The translations under genes and the position numbers were made by a program. The notes under the pieces were generated by a model, which was not told the DNA's origin, ran no database searches, and was given only the letters and a program-made list of their open reading frames with translations. This document shows positions 1-12,420 of a DNA stretch of 64,000 nucleotides, in pieces. Each line of letters opens with the position of its first letter. The first letter of the stretch is position 1. This DNA comes from Epiperipatus broadwayi (lineage: Eukaryota; Animalia; Onychophora), in contig JAQFVV010000001.1 of the NCBI GenBank assembly GCA_028023455.1, positions 2,232,001-2,296,000 on the forward strand. The letters are read 5' to 3'.

Positions 1-3000
1 AGACATTAAATGATTTTTTTAAAAGTATAACTTCTACAAGGTCTGTGCTTAGACTGTGATGTAATAAAAAAAACATACTGTCAGTTATTTAGGAGGTTAT
101 GTTTCACTCAAGCACAGAGTGATGGGTGGAATGCAATCATTCCACACAGTTGACCCAATTGATTTTTTTTTCTTTGTTGATAATTGTTACATGAATCTGT
201 AGGATTTTAAAGTCTGCCATGATATTACTGTGTTAAACTACATAGGACAAACTGTCACGTTATAAGTCTATGGAGTTTTTCATTTCTAACAAAGTTAATG
301 TCTCTTTTCATTAGAAAGATCTATCAATTCTTTCAAGATAATCTCTAAAATAAAAACTCAATTGACATATATATATATATTTGGCAAGTAAAATTTTTGT
401 ACACTTAAAATTATTAAGTACAAGTTTGGTAAATCTAAAATATCATAGTTAGGGGTTATCATTTTAATCTGTTGTCTTATATTGAAATCTGTACTGAGTT
501 TTATCTTATCTTTTCTAATGATCATTCATAATGATGTTTTCTTCTATTCAGTTTGCTTACCTTATTCTTAATGTCTTATTAATAATATCTAAATTACACT
601 GCAACAGTATAAGATGTCAGTAATAGCTGATGAACAACTATCTCAGTAATGAAACATTATTTTTAAATTCAACAGATGAAAGTAATTACTGTTATCGCTA
701 TATTCACTGTTTGGTTCAAAGCCTTATTGGGATATTTGAAATCATGTCTAATAACAAATCCATTGTAATATACATGTTTAATATAAACAAGGTGTTCACA
801 TAACATACATACATATTTGTGTTGTAATCTAATTTTACAAATTTACACATGATAGTAACAAAGACAATGGTTACATCATATTTAAGAGCGGAAGAGCAAC
901 CATGTGATTGACTGATGACTTGCTAACAGCTCTGAATGAAAGATAGTTAATGAGAGACATAAACAAATAGGCTTGCAATATATATATTATTTAATATTTT
1001 TTCCAAATACAAAAAAAAAAAATATTCCTATGATCATCAGTAGGCAATGCTGATTTTATAATATCTAAAAGTCTGGATGATCAATTTTGGCATTTGAGCG
1101 AAGCATTAAAAATGCTCTTTTTAAAATTATTTAAAAGGCTTATTTAAAGTCGTCTACCGAATAAACCAATGAATATAGTAGGAATATATATATATTAAAT
1201 AAAAATTAGTATGTCTCATTTTAATATCTATTTCAACATGGCGCTAGGACAAAACCTCATCATGAGACAAGCCTTATATCTAATAATAGTAATGACTGTA
1301 AATGAGCTGCTGCAAAAAATTTCAGTGAATTCACACATGCTTTATAGAATATTGCACTGTACATATTTTCAGTATGACAAGTTTTAAAATTTTTAAAATA
1401 ATAACCAAAATATTATTACTTCTTTAATAATAAACTATTATTTTATATTTATTTTGATTTTTTTTTAAACAATTTTTTTTTTTTTGTCAAAACTCTTCCA
1501 TAGACGTATATGATATTCACTTTATTATGATATTAGATGTATTTTTGATAATATAAAAAAAAAATACAAAATTTATTATTATTTAGTAGAATTTAACTTG
1601 ATTGCTGTTGCAATGTAATTTATTTTTGTTTTACGACTTTTATATAACATAAATCATCCCCTCCCCCCAAATTTCAAACTGACATTATTTTTTTCTGAAT
1701 TTTCATAAATTGATATAATTTGTAATTTTTTTTTTTTAAAGTAAAATTTTTTTCCCTTTACTTCTATGAAATAAAAAATATAAATGTATTTTTAATTTAA
1801 TATTTTGATAACTGTATTATTATATTTTTTAATGTCATATTTTGTTAATGTCCTTTTCATTGTAGCAATTTCTCTGTCAAAAATCATTTATCAGTTCTTT
1901 CGACAGCTCAAAAAAAAAGTTTCTTTACTCTCTGGGCTATTTAGAAGACATTATTTTGTCTCCCGTTCACATGTCTGAGCGAGTAAATGAAAGACAGGGG
2001 GAAGAAATTCTATTCCAGCAATTTTTCATCATTCAAGAAAAGATTTGTGATGAGTTTCTCTTTATTTCTTTTCTTTTAAATGGTTTAGATACAGCCTTAA
2101 GATATTTTGGTGTTAAGAAAACTTTTTTTTTTTTTAAAAAAAAAAAAACATTCTCTTACGAAAGCAGTAGTGTAGTAGTTTTAAATTCTCTGAATATAAG
2201 CTTAGTTGTTTGAATACCAGATCTTGTAAATTACTTTATTCAATTTTTTAAAATCTATTACATTTGTCTTCGTAATTAATTTTTAAAGTTATATGTCTAG
2301 AATAGTAATTTGAATTAATAAAAGCAATACTGTTTTACGACCAATAGAGGTCAGTAGTGTAATCTATAATTTTTTTTTTTTTTTATGAAAAAGTTTCTGT
2401 ATTTTTTTTAAATTGCCAGAAGCAAAATAATGCTAATAATCCAGATCAGTGGCAGAAGCTTTCTAGTTTTAAGGCTAGGAGGAGAGGTTAAAGGTGCTGA
2501 AAGTATTAAGAATTGAAAGACAAGATTGGCCTAAATCAAAGTGCAGACTCATAATTAAGTAACAGTAAAGAAATACCAATTCATTAGATTTTTTAATGAA
2601 ACATGAGTAATGAAATTTGGGAGTGTGGATTAATCAAGATATATTATTAATTTTATTTTACCATCTATTGTTTCAAATTTCAGTGTCTTTTATTGATTAA
2701 ATGGGGAGATAACATTTTAAAATATTAATCAGAAAATATCTTTAAATTTTAAGATATTTTTAAAGTAAATGTTAACTGCAAAATTTTGATGTTAATACTT
2801 GATTTAATAAATATTTTAATTATTTACTTTTTTGATTATTAAAATAAAATGCTATAGAAAATTTAAATAATTTACATATAAATTCTAGAAAGGAATATTT
2901 ACGATTTCCACTGTTAAAAGGGAAAAAATGCTGTCAGGTTTGTATTCGGTATTTTAATAGTATATAAATAAATTGTTAATTTAAAATGTGATAGTTTTTA

Positions 3001-5417
3001 CTCGACATGATTTTTAGAGAGATCGGATATTGTTTTTATGCTGATGCATCGAGATAATTTTTTTTTTAAAAAAAGATGAAACGGTACTCGCAAGCAAAGA
3101 CTTCTTTATCATCCCTGTATAGAGATAGTGAGTGAAAAGAATAGTTATTAGAATATTATAAGAAGACAATACTTGCCAGGATTATTAAATGTTAAATAAT
3201 AATGGGTGCTGAGATAATATCCCATGGTTTTTATTTTCTTTCTTTGCTTTTTAGCAAGATTTGTTAGATATCCATTTTCTGATCAATATTTAGATGATCA
3301 GTTTGATTGTCTGTAGATCAGATGAAAGAAAAATCCTGAACTTTTGTTGAAATTTTGAAAAATTGTCTAAGTTTCATATAGATTTGAATTCCATATCAAT
3401 GACATGGATGTGGATGTGCTAACCATAATGCCAGGATGTTAGCATATATGTAATTATTTTTATTTTAATGTAAAAGCTACATTATTTACAAATAAAAAAA
3501 GAAATTAAATTCCAAGTGTGGCAAGTCATTACAATATTCATAAACAGAAATATTATCATTAAATGCTGCTATGTCATAATGTTCTATCACTTTGTTCGTT
3601 TTGAGCCAATAGAAACTAGCATTCATTATTTTGATGGTGGAGTTTAGTTATCTCTTTGCTAAACATCTTCTATTTCCATCATTATCCTTTCCAAATCTTA
3701 TAGAAACAGTATGTTCAATTTGACCAATACAGTAGTATTGATAAACTGACTGTGCCCACTTGTTTAATAAATTGTATCAAATCATAATATAATTAAAATA
3801 GGATAATTATTAATTGCATTTTTGCTTTGAGAGTTCAATTGTAATCAGATCCAAGACATAGTCAAAGAACATCAAAACCACCCCACCATTCTTTTTAACT
3901 GTCCATTTTTTACATTCACAGAAACACAGAAAATACCATAGCTTGAATAAATTCTGCATTTTAAAAGTATTTAACTATCTAATAATAACAGTAGTCAGAA
4001 GTAATTAATGTATAGTGAAAAACCTATGAACTAGCTCATCCACTATGTTTGCAATATACAAATGTTTTAAATGATGCATTTTTACTCATTCAGTTATATC
4101 AAATATGCTTTCTTAGTTATAGAGAGCAAGATAAAGGATTATTAAATTATTGAGTTGCTATTTATTGGAGAGAAGAAATTTTACAGGACAGGAAAATGAC
4201 ACTTAATTTGAAAGAATAACAGGTGAAAAATAGAATGATTTAGAAGTTGAAGTAACTTATAAATATGATTGTCTATTTATTTCCTTTTGAGGTGAATTTT
4301 GGTGAGGACTTCAAGACATATATAAATATATCAACAAGTTCTGATTATTTAAGTATGATAACTTTATCAATAAAAGGAATAATGTGGTTTACATAGGAAT
4401 CTGAATGTATATTGAATAATAATTGTGTTGCAGAAATAAATAAACTTAGCAAATTTAAATAAACATGACTGCAGGCTTACATTATAGGTGCCAAAAACCA
4501 ATATCCATAGCTGTGAAAAATATGGAATGGACTTATATTTTTGGACAAATTAATATAGAATATACTGAGTGACTCAAAACTTAGTTTAAAACTGATTATA
4601 AAACACACTTGTCACTATGATGCCATAAAACAAATTAAATAAAATTTCAACAAGGATTGTGAAACACTGAGACTTGAATATTGGTTTAGTATTTTGGCAA
4701 TGGGCACTATAGTCCAAGACAATACTTTAGCAAATGAACACTGGTAAAAGATCCAAAGTAAAGTTATTGAAGATTTTTATGCTCTAGCAAAATCTTTGAT
4801 AAGATTATGCAGAACAAGAGGAGAACATACATTTTTGAGTCAATTAAGAATTGAGAAGTTAATGTTTAACAAATGGAAGAGATGTCCTAAATATCAGACT
4901 TGATAATAAAATTATATTAAATTTATAATATATATCCAAAGACAGTAAAAAGAAATTTTGTCCTTTTACAGTGGAATTACTTTTAGAATGCAGTTATTAA
5001 TATATAATTTGACAATAGAATACAAAAGTTTTATAGAGAATATCTTGATTTTTCAATTATGTAAATGATATTAACTTTTTTAAAGGTTCAAAAAAATCAT
5101 ATGAAACATTGAAGAGTATTTAAAATTAGGGAATAATAACTGTTGATTAGCCTGATTAGTAATATCATTTTTTTTAATGAAAAAGGATAGTGGAGAGGCT
5201 TTTGCCTTGTCATGAAGTATTTAGGTTTTACTGTTACCATTATATATAGATGTGCATTAGAATATTTTCATATATAAGTAATAGTACAATTAACATCACA
5301 TGATCACCATTTCTTATGCTTGCTTTTAACCATTATTAAAACAGGCAAGCTAGAGTAATCAATGGATGCCAGAAGGCTTGTGCATAAAATCCCCATCTAG
5401 TGCTTACTCATACAATA

Positions 5418-5459
5418 TCCCCAGACTAGTTTCTGGCTTGTGACCTTCCTCAGTGAGGA
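5418..5459 (-). ncRNA. Minimal type-I hammerhead ribozyme, family 1
   Basis: Reverse complement reads UCCUCA-CUGAGGA-AGGU cacaa GCCA-GAAAC UA GUC-UGGGGA. It has the CUGANGA/GAAA core, a 6-bp stem I, a GUC triplet and palindromic ACUAGU in stem III. Confidence 0.8.
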
Positions 5460-5727
5460 GCCTTGGATCTGAGAGCACTGCTCCTAGATCTTAGGATCTA
5501 ATGCAATCCTCTAACAGCCACCTTTTACATCCACTTAACTACAAAACTATGAGTCTTAAATTGAAAACACCTTAATATTTTTAATCCAAGCTCATTAACT
5601 TATATAGTCATATAGGTCTGAATTCAGTTCAGTACCTATACATTTTGGTGTTTTTGGTTCTTTAATAAACATAACCACCACTATGTTAGATCCTAAAATC
5701 TAGGTGCAGTGCTCTCAGATTCAAGGT

Positions 5728-5769
5728 TCCTCACTGACGAAGGCCACAAGCCAGAAACTTGTCTGGGGA
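5728..5769 (+). ncRNA. Minimal type-I hammerhead ribozyme, family 1
   Basis: UCCUCA-CUGACGA-AGGC cacaa GCCA-GAAAC UU GUC-UGGGGA. The stem III palindrome is broken (UA>UU). Confidence 0.8.
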
Positions 5770-6170
5770 TATTGGATGAGTAGGCACTAGATGAGGATTT
5801 TATGCACAAGCCTTCTGGTATCCATTGATTATTCTAGCTTGCTGTGTATGGTAATCCATACAGTGAGTTTTGCCTGTTTTAATAACAATTAAAAGCAAGC
5901 ATAAGAAATGGTAATCATGTGATGTTTATTGGCTTAAAACCAATCCTGCCTAATAGGATATCATTATTAAAGAACCAAAGACACCAAAATGTATAGGTAG
6001 TGCTGAGTTCAGACCTATATGACTATATAAGCTAATGAGCTTGGATTGAAAATATCATGGTGTTTTTAATTTAAGACTCATAGTTTTGTAGTTAAGTGGA
6101 GATAAAAGATGGCTGCTAGAGGGTTGCATTAGATCCTAAGCTCTTGGTGCAGTGCTCTCAGATCCAAGGC

Positions 6171-6212
6171 TCCTCACTGATGAAGGCCACAAGCCAGAAA
6201 CTAGTCTGGGGA
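6171..6212 (+). ncRNA. Minimal type-I hammerhead ribozyme, family 1
   Basis: UCCUCA-CUGAUGA-AGGC cacaa GCCA-GAAAC UA GUC-UGGGGA. Confidence 0.85.
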
Positions 6213-7211
6213 TATTGGATGAGTAGGCACTAGATGGGGGATTTTATGCACAAGCCTTCTGGCATCCATTGATTACTCAGCTTTCTGTGTGTGGCAATAC
6301 TGTACTGGTCAAAAATGTATGTCCATCCAACAAGATTTAGAATCTAAGCAAAAGTACCCTGAATCCAATCATGCCCAAGATACACCGGTCAGGAGCAATC
6401 ATGAATTCTAACCTATTTGCCCATTCCCTAAATCTATAACACTATGAACAACACCCATGGTGATACCACATAAATTCATTATATCCCAGCCCGGTGCTAC
6501 AATGTTTTACATGAGAACTCAACTGGTGATGATGATGATGATGAGAGATTGAGTGAACCCAAGATATCAAGTTAAAAGTATACATAAATATAAATATTAT
6601 TAAGGAGATTCAAACAACTGGATTAAAGTTTGAAATATAACTATTTATTTGGACAGAATTCAAGATGAGTTTTATATAAATATTCAACTCCACACTTGTA
6701 AAACTTTATTTTCATTATAAACATTTAAGAAACTTGATACAATTATTTTTCTTTTAACAAATATTAATTTAGTGTGGTGATTACAATACTGAATGTATCT
6801 TTAAAAATTGGATTTATTCAATGTTACAAAAAATGGATTTATCGGAGTGGTTTGGTGGACGTTTTATACATTTTAAAAAATATATATATTTAAAGATACA
6901 ATAGAGTTTCGCTAATTATATGATTTCAATACATAAGTTTATTTTCATTTAGAGACTTTATTTATAACAGTTAAAATAAGGGACATTTTGTTCAGTAGAC
7001 TAAAACATTATTTATTTTACATTATCAGCATTTAACGATAGAATATAGCGAAACTCTATAATTGCGGGAATGGCTCATTTCAATAAAAAGGAGGGCAGCT
7101 TCACAAGAAGTTGGATTTAAACTCCAACAAATAAAGAGAAAAACATTTTATTATCACACATCATTACGACTTATTTTGCTAAACAGGCTAGAAAACTAAC
7201 TATAAGAAATG

Positions 7212-7619
7212 GCGGTGCTAGCATAATATCAGCGAGAGGAAATGGCACATTTGCCAGGACAAGGTCATTCTCCAAATTTTTTAAAGATGGTACACACCAG
7301 CTTCATGCTAAAGTGGTACAGGAAGAAAAGGTAGGCAGGAAGTTTCTATGAGCCGGGCCATGGCGCATCCATACAGAGCTTCATCTACTCCAACCTGCTT
7401 GTTCTAGAAGTAAACGTAGACTTCTATTATGAACGAGAACACTAAAGATGAAGCTTTGAATCCCTGGAATGTGATACAGGTGACTCAAAGCAGTATATCA
7501 ATATATACTTGGAGAGGAATGATGAACTAAGAGAATCCTGACTCCCTGGAGTGAGGTACAGGTGAATCAGATCAAAGCCCTATGCGACTTATGAATAAAT
7601 TGACATATGCTAGCAACGC
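7212..7619. mobile_element. Small GC-richer element with 14-bp terminal inverted repeats (MITE-like)
   Basis: GCGGTGCTAGCATA (7212-7225) and TATGCTAGCAACGC (7606-7619) are inverted with one mismatch. An internal direct repeat TCCCTGGA...TACAGGTGA occurs twice. No clear TSD. Confidence 0.4.
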
Positions 7620-8339
7620 TATCATAATAACATAAAATCATTGAATTTAAATATTAAAATAAAGCCTTAAAGGTTTAACAAATATGTAATGATATGCTAA
7701 AATAATGACTCACGTAAGCTAAAATCATTAATCATAATTTAAACTATCATTAATGAAGCATGCATTGCTCCCCCTTCTTGAATCAATATTTTAACATTTA
7801 GCATATGAAACAAAAACTAAAATTCATGCACGTAATAGTGCAAATTACAAAACAAATTTAAGTCACCAGCCTTTATGGTGTTGATGATCAATAAGAAATT
7901 AATAAAACTAACGAACACTAATATCCACCCCAGATTGCAAAAGTATTTATACATTTTGTATAAATTTACGATAAAACATTTATTTTAAAAAAGGCAGGTA
8001 TTCATTTAAAGGACAAATCCAATCTTAACAAGATATTTAAAATAACAAGAACCCATTAATCCCCCCCCCCTTTTATATTCCACAGTGGGATATAGAAGTT
8101 CCTAAGACTATATTTGATTGGAATTTCCAAATAAAATTAAGTGAAAAATATAAAAATATTATTAAAATTAAATTATAACTACACTAAATTATAAAAATAA
8201 TAAGCATGAGTTGGATGAAAGATTATTTTGGATAGCAGAGAACTGATACAAAAAGATTAACAGACTCACCGATTAGCAAGTTTTAAAAAAATTCAACATA
8301 AAACATTAGTTTACAAATTAAATTACAAATAAGAATTGG

Positions 8340-9000
8340 CTAATGTGATTATACTGTCTTTGGGCTGGTTACCTCAGGATTTCTATGAAGTATTGATGAC
8401 TCTTCTATGGCAGGCGGCATTCTTTGATGGCATGGTCACTCTTGAATGGCAGGAGCTACATCTCGGCATGAGTCGGAATTTCGGTATGATTCTGTTTTCA
8501 AAATAATTAATCAATACTTTCAGCAATGCCACTGATCAGCAGTCCCATGGGCCATCCATTATTAATTTTATACCATTCTCAAAAATTGTGAGTATGTTAT
8601 CATCTAATCATTTCATAAAATCAATGATAAATGCAATCCTTTGTTCCAGAGAGTGATTATTGTAGAGTTCTTCCTTGATTATTCTAAATGATTCTTTTCT
8701 GTTTATGGATTCATAGAGCTCAGATATATCCATGGCTGCTATTTTAAATCTGTCATGGATCTTTGCTTCTTTAATTAAGTCAACAAACTCAAAAGAGGAA
8801 TGTATTGGGTATTTGCCAAATCATACTAATTCTATTAGCCATGAGTTTATTAATTCTGCTGTATTTGCATAATATACATCTCTAAAGTCGAGCATTAACC
8901 TTAATGGAGTCCCTTGCTTTTCTATTTCGAAAAGATGCACTATATGAATGAACTTGCTTAAATTTGCATAAATTATTACAGTTAAAGGCTATGACTATGG
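8340..9000 (-). pseudogene. Penelope-like element reverse transcriptase remnant
   Basis: Minus-strand translation gives EKQGTPLRL (PLE KIHK.G.PLR), HSSFEFVDLIK, MDISELYESI (RT motif A) and G/PMGLLISGIAE (motif B, frameshifted), then VLINYFENRII. Contains stops and frameshifts. Confidence 0.75.
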
Positions 9001-10379
9001 AGAGAGAATCTCTGAAAGTGCTAAGTCATGATGAAGAATTATCTCAATTAATTTTTTTAATTTCACTATATGCATCAAGCATATTAAGTTTTACATAGTT
9101 ATTAATAGTGAAAGAAATTTGAAATTAAAAGACATAATGTTATTAATTATGCTTTCATTTTTTTTTTATTCGTTCTTTGCATTTTTAGATTTATTTTTAC
9201 AATTTGACTCTGCAATATGTAAAGTTAAACATCATATTATGAATATGTTATGGCTGGGCTTTACCATAAGAGAGGGGGAACGCATACCTAGGGTGTTCTG
9301 GTAGGATGCTGTCACTGATGTAATGAAGTACATAATCTATGATCGTATCTACTTCCAATGGGCCAACTCTGTATTTACACATTAAATTCAGATACAATTT
9401 GGGTTAGTTCATCCATACCTCATCCCTCCTTCGGGCTCCATTACACTTCAGTATTCAAACTCAGGGAGAAATTTACCTTTGACTTTCTTCAGGAATGAAT
9501 TTATAAGGGATAGCAACTGCTGCACCTCTATAATGTTACAATTGATTTAATCCTTCATCCAAGCATATTTCTACACAATTATATAAGAGTAAGGTGTTTA
9601 TGTATATACTCAGTTATTGGTTAACTTTGATAAACTAGGACCCGTTTAATGTAAATAAATTTGACAACACTTATTAAATGATAAAACAAAGTGAAAAAAA
9701 ATATTAAAACTTTTTAACAAGGTAAAACAGTATAATTGCTTGTGTCAAGGATGGATTTCTACCATATCAATAATTGAAAATATTCATGGTTCCAAACCCT
9801 TATCCAATGGAAGAAATGCATGATAGGACACTAATTATTTACAAAGCAAATAAAATTAAAAAATATTATTAAATTGACCATGAAGCTAACTAGCTAACTT
9901 GTCCAATTCAAATTAGTGATGTTCCATTTACTTATCTGTGTGTGTCTCCCTAAGGTTAACAGGAAAAAAACATCCATACAAGAAGATTAATCATACTGAT
10001 AAAATAAACATAACCAATTATTAGTTAACAATAAATAAATAATATGAACTCTGTCCTGTATTAAGTGTATGTAATTAATATGGAATAATTTTAAAGATCT
10101 TACCTTATTCCATATCATGATAATGTGAAGTTGGTATAGAGGGAAAGCTGATCTAAACTTAATTTAACAACAAAAAAAATTATTTAACTTAATGACCCTC
10201 CTCCCCCATTTTGCTGCTTTCACTTATAATGAACTCTTGCAAATTATAGACACATTTCCAAGTGTGGAAAGAAAATAAAAAAGAATTTTACAAATATATA
10301 AATAATAAGAATACATAACAAAATCTGAACTTTGATTAAATTATTTGGTTAGCAATAATATCTTTCATGAATATAGTCT

Positions 10380-11230
10380 ATCTCTTTTTTTGAATCACTC
10401 TCCTTGGTTCACATCTGTCACTCATTGGAAATCTTATGTAACATGCTTGAAATATTATATCCATTCTCTGTAGTTGCTCTTCTTGATCTATCTAGACATT
10501 TAGTGTAGGACAATTGGGACTTCTCTAAGCATTACAAGTGTAAGTAGGTTAATTCATTGCGCTTCCAGGATCAGGGTAGTAGCACTTCAGTCCTATGGCA
10601 CTGTCCATTTAGCCAGAACACATTGCACAGTGATTTATAACATTTAATTTTTCTTTATTTGCGATTTTGCATTTAATGGCTTACAAGACAAAACAAATAC
10701 TTCATCATTTTGTTCAAGTGCTGGCAATGGTCTATTTCTTTTTGTTTGTGTTTGAATAATAATGCAGTTTTTCCAATATCAATTTAAAAATAGTTCACTA
10801 CTTTAATTAAATTGCATGAACTTATTAAACTTTTCTGAATTCCAATGTCGATTTTAATTTTTTATGGTTTTGCACTAAGAAACATGGATAATTTTCCTTT
10901 GCATTTGAACATTCAATCTCAGGTTGTTGGCTTTCTATGGTTGATGAATTATTTTAAAAATAATAAAAGACAGTGGAAATGAACTGGGTTTGCTTTTATA
11001 CCAAGCTTAGCTTCCAGTGTTGGTATACTAGTTTTTCCATTTCTGTAGACATTACCATAACTGTCTATTGTTGCACAAGTTATTTTGGTTGTAGTTAATA
11101 AAAAATGAAAAATAAAATTATATAATAGAATTTTAACTTCATTTTCCACACTTGGTTGCTTAGCGATTTGCTTGATGTTGGGTCATCACTATGTGTACTC
11201 AGTCTCTGTCTCAAGTTGTGATGTACGACA
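10380..11230 (-). mobile_element. Possible Ty3/Gypsy integrase C-terminal remnant
   Basis: KRNRPLPALEQNDEVFV resembles the RPLP.L..GD.V motif downstream of Gypsy integrases. The region is GC-richer than its flanks and heavily decayed. Confidence 0.3.
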
Positions 11231-11427
11231 CATTGATTATTAGTCTATTGTTAGTATATATATATAAATGATTTCTTTAAATGGGTTTTTACTTTTTATT
11301 AAGTAAGGAAATCATCACGACATTGATCTAACTTCATATCTAACAAAGCAAACATCCATCATGTATATATATATATATGTATGCTTAAAAAAAGGATAGC
11401 GCATATCTGACCACTTATTAGTTAAGC

Positions 11428-12420
11428 TTAAATTTTGAAAGGGCTTGGTTTGATGTAAGCCAAAGAAACATTATTAATAAATATGATTGCATACATTCTG
11501 AGGCAGAAAAATGGCTGCTGTCTTATTGCAAAATTTATTAAATTTATGAATATTTTCTGTTTTACATGGGGGGGGGGTAGTGTATAATTAAAATTATACG
11601 TTGTTAAAGTGTATATTGTGATACCTCTATTTGTACATTTTTCAATATTTAAATTTAATCTTCCCCCAATTCCCATCATTTTAATAATAATCTCATTAAT
11701 AGTCTAAGATTTTTTTTCTTTGATTCTGTAGTTCCTCTATTTTTTTTATTTTATTAGAATTAGATTATAGTATAATTTTTATGCTAAACATTTAGTTAAA
11801 TGATAATGATTGAAATATTTTTTATTTTTTTTTTCTCAATCTACTGATAGTTCAAGTTTTTTCCCCTTTAAATTGACTTCAATTATATAAATATTAAATT
11901 GCAATTAGAACCTATGCCTGTATTCCAGAATATGCACATCCACTCTTTATAAGATTGTTCTTAAATCTATTTTATATTAATATACAAATTAAAGAAAATG
12001 TAGTTCTTTGATCTAGAGATTTGCTTGCAAAATTCTCATCTAAATAGTAAAGTATTATGAACAAGCAATTAACACTTAGAGACATTGTCAGTGGGATTTT
12101 GCATTGCTTAATACCATTTAATTTAAAACAATGACCTCACATCACCAGGATTCAATTTCATGTATATTTGAGTAATTATTTTCAAAATTGCAATTAATCT
12201 ATCTTCAATTTGCAAAATTCCTGTTTAAAATCTTTCTTAATTTTTTATTGTAAAACTTTGTCTACTTCATAAGTTTAATAATTATTTCCTAAATAGATAT
12301 ATTTTATATCTTCACAATTATTTTCTTCATATTCTTTTGATCTTATTTTCCACAATTCTGTAATACTTCACTTTTCCTTTTTCTAATAACATTTTTCTTT
12401 GATTTTGAAAAAAAATATAT
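11428..12420 (-). pseudogene. Penelope-like element RT remnant
   Basis: GDVRSLF (motif A-like) and HNTLLFR*EFCKQI (NNYF.F.G.FYKQ-like). PPHVKQKIFINLINFAIR in ORF 11428-11679 matches the PLE HP.H.K..I...L..RA motif. Confidence 0.5.

Larger units (their letters stand above)
5294..6304. mobile_element. HHR-bearing retrozyme/PLE-pLTR-like repeat array (family 1): one minus copy followed by two plus copies
   Basis: The same ~0.4-kb unit occurs at ~5294-5670 (-), ~5686-5930 (+, partial) and ~5960-6304 (+). Each copy carries the HHR and shared flanks such as TAGATCCTAAGATCTAGGTGCAGTGCTCTCAGATCCAAGG and GATATTGGATGAGTAGGCACTAGAT. Confidence 0.85.

Noticed and set aside
622-665. CTGATGA...GAAAC hammerhead-like spacing
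   Set aside because: Stem II and stem I pairing are poor and there is no valid cleavage triplet.
1880-2340. PLE GIY-YIG or pogo DDE remnant on the minus strand (VIYKI; EFLPP)
   Set aside because: The motifs conflict and are too short to call.
4440-4980. Tc1/mariner transposase remnant (FQQ..., YSP...)
   Set aside because: Only scattered tripeptides; no convincing TIR pair.
5294-6304. CRISPR-like array
   Set aside because: The units are ~0.4 kb with mixed orientation and no unique spacers, in a eukaryotic context.
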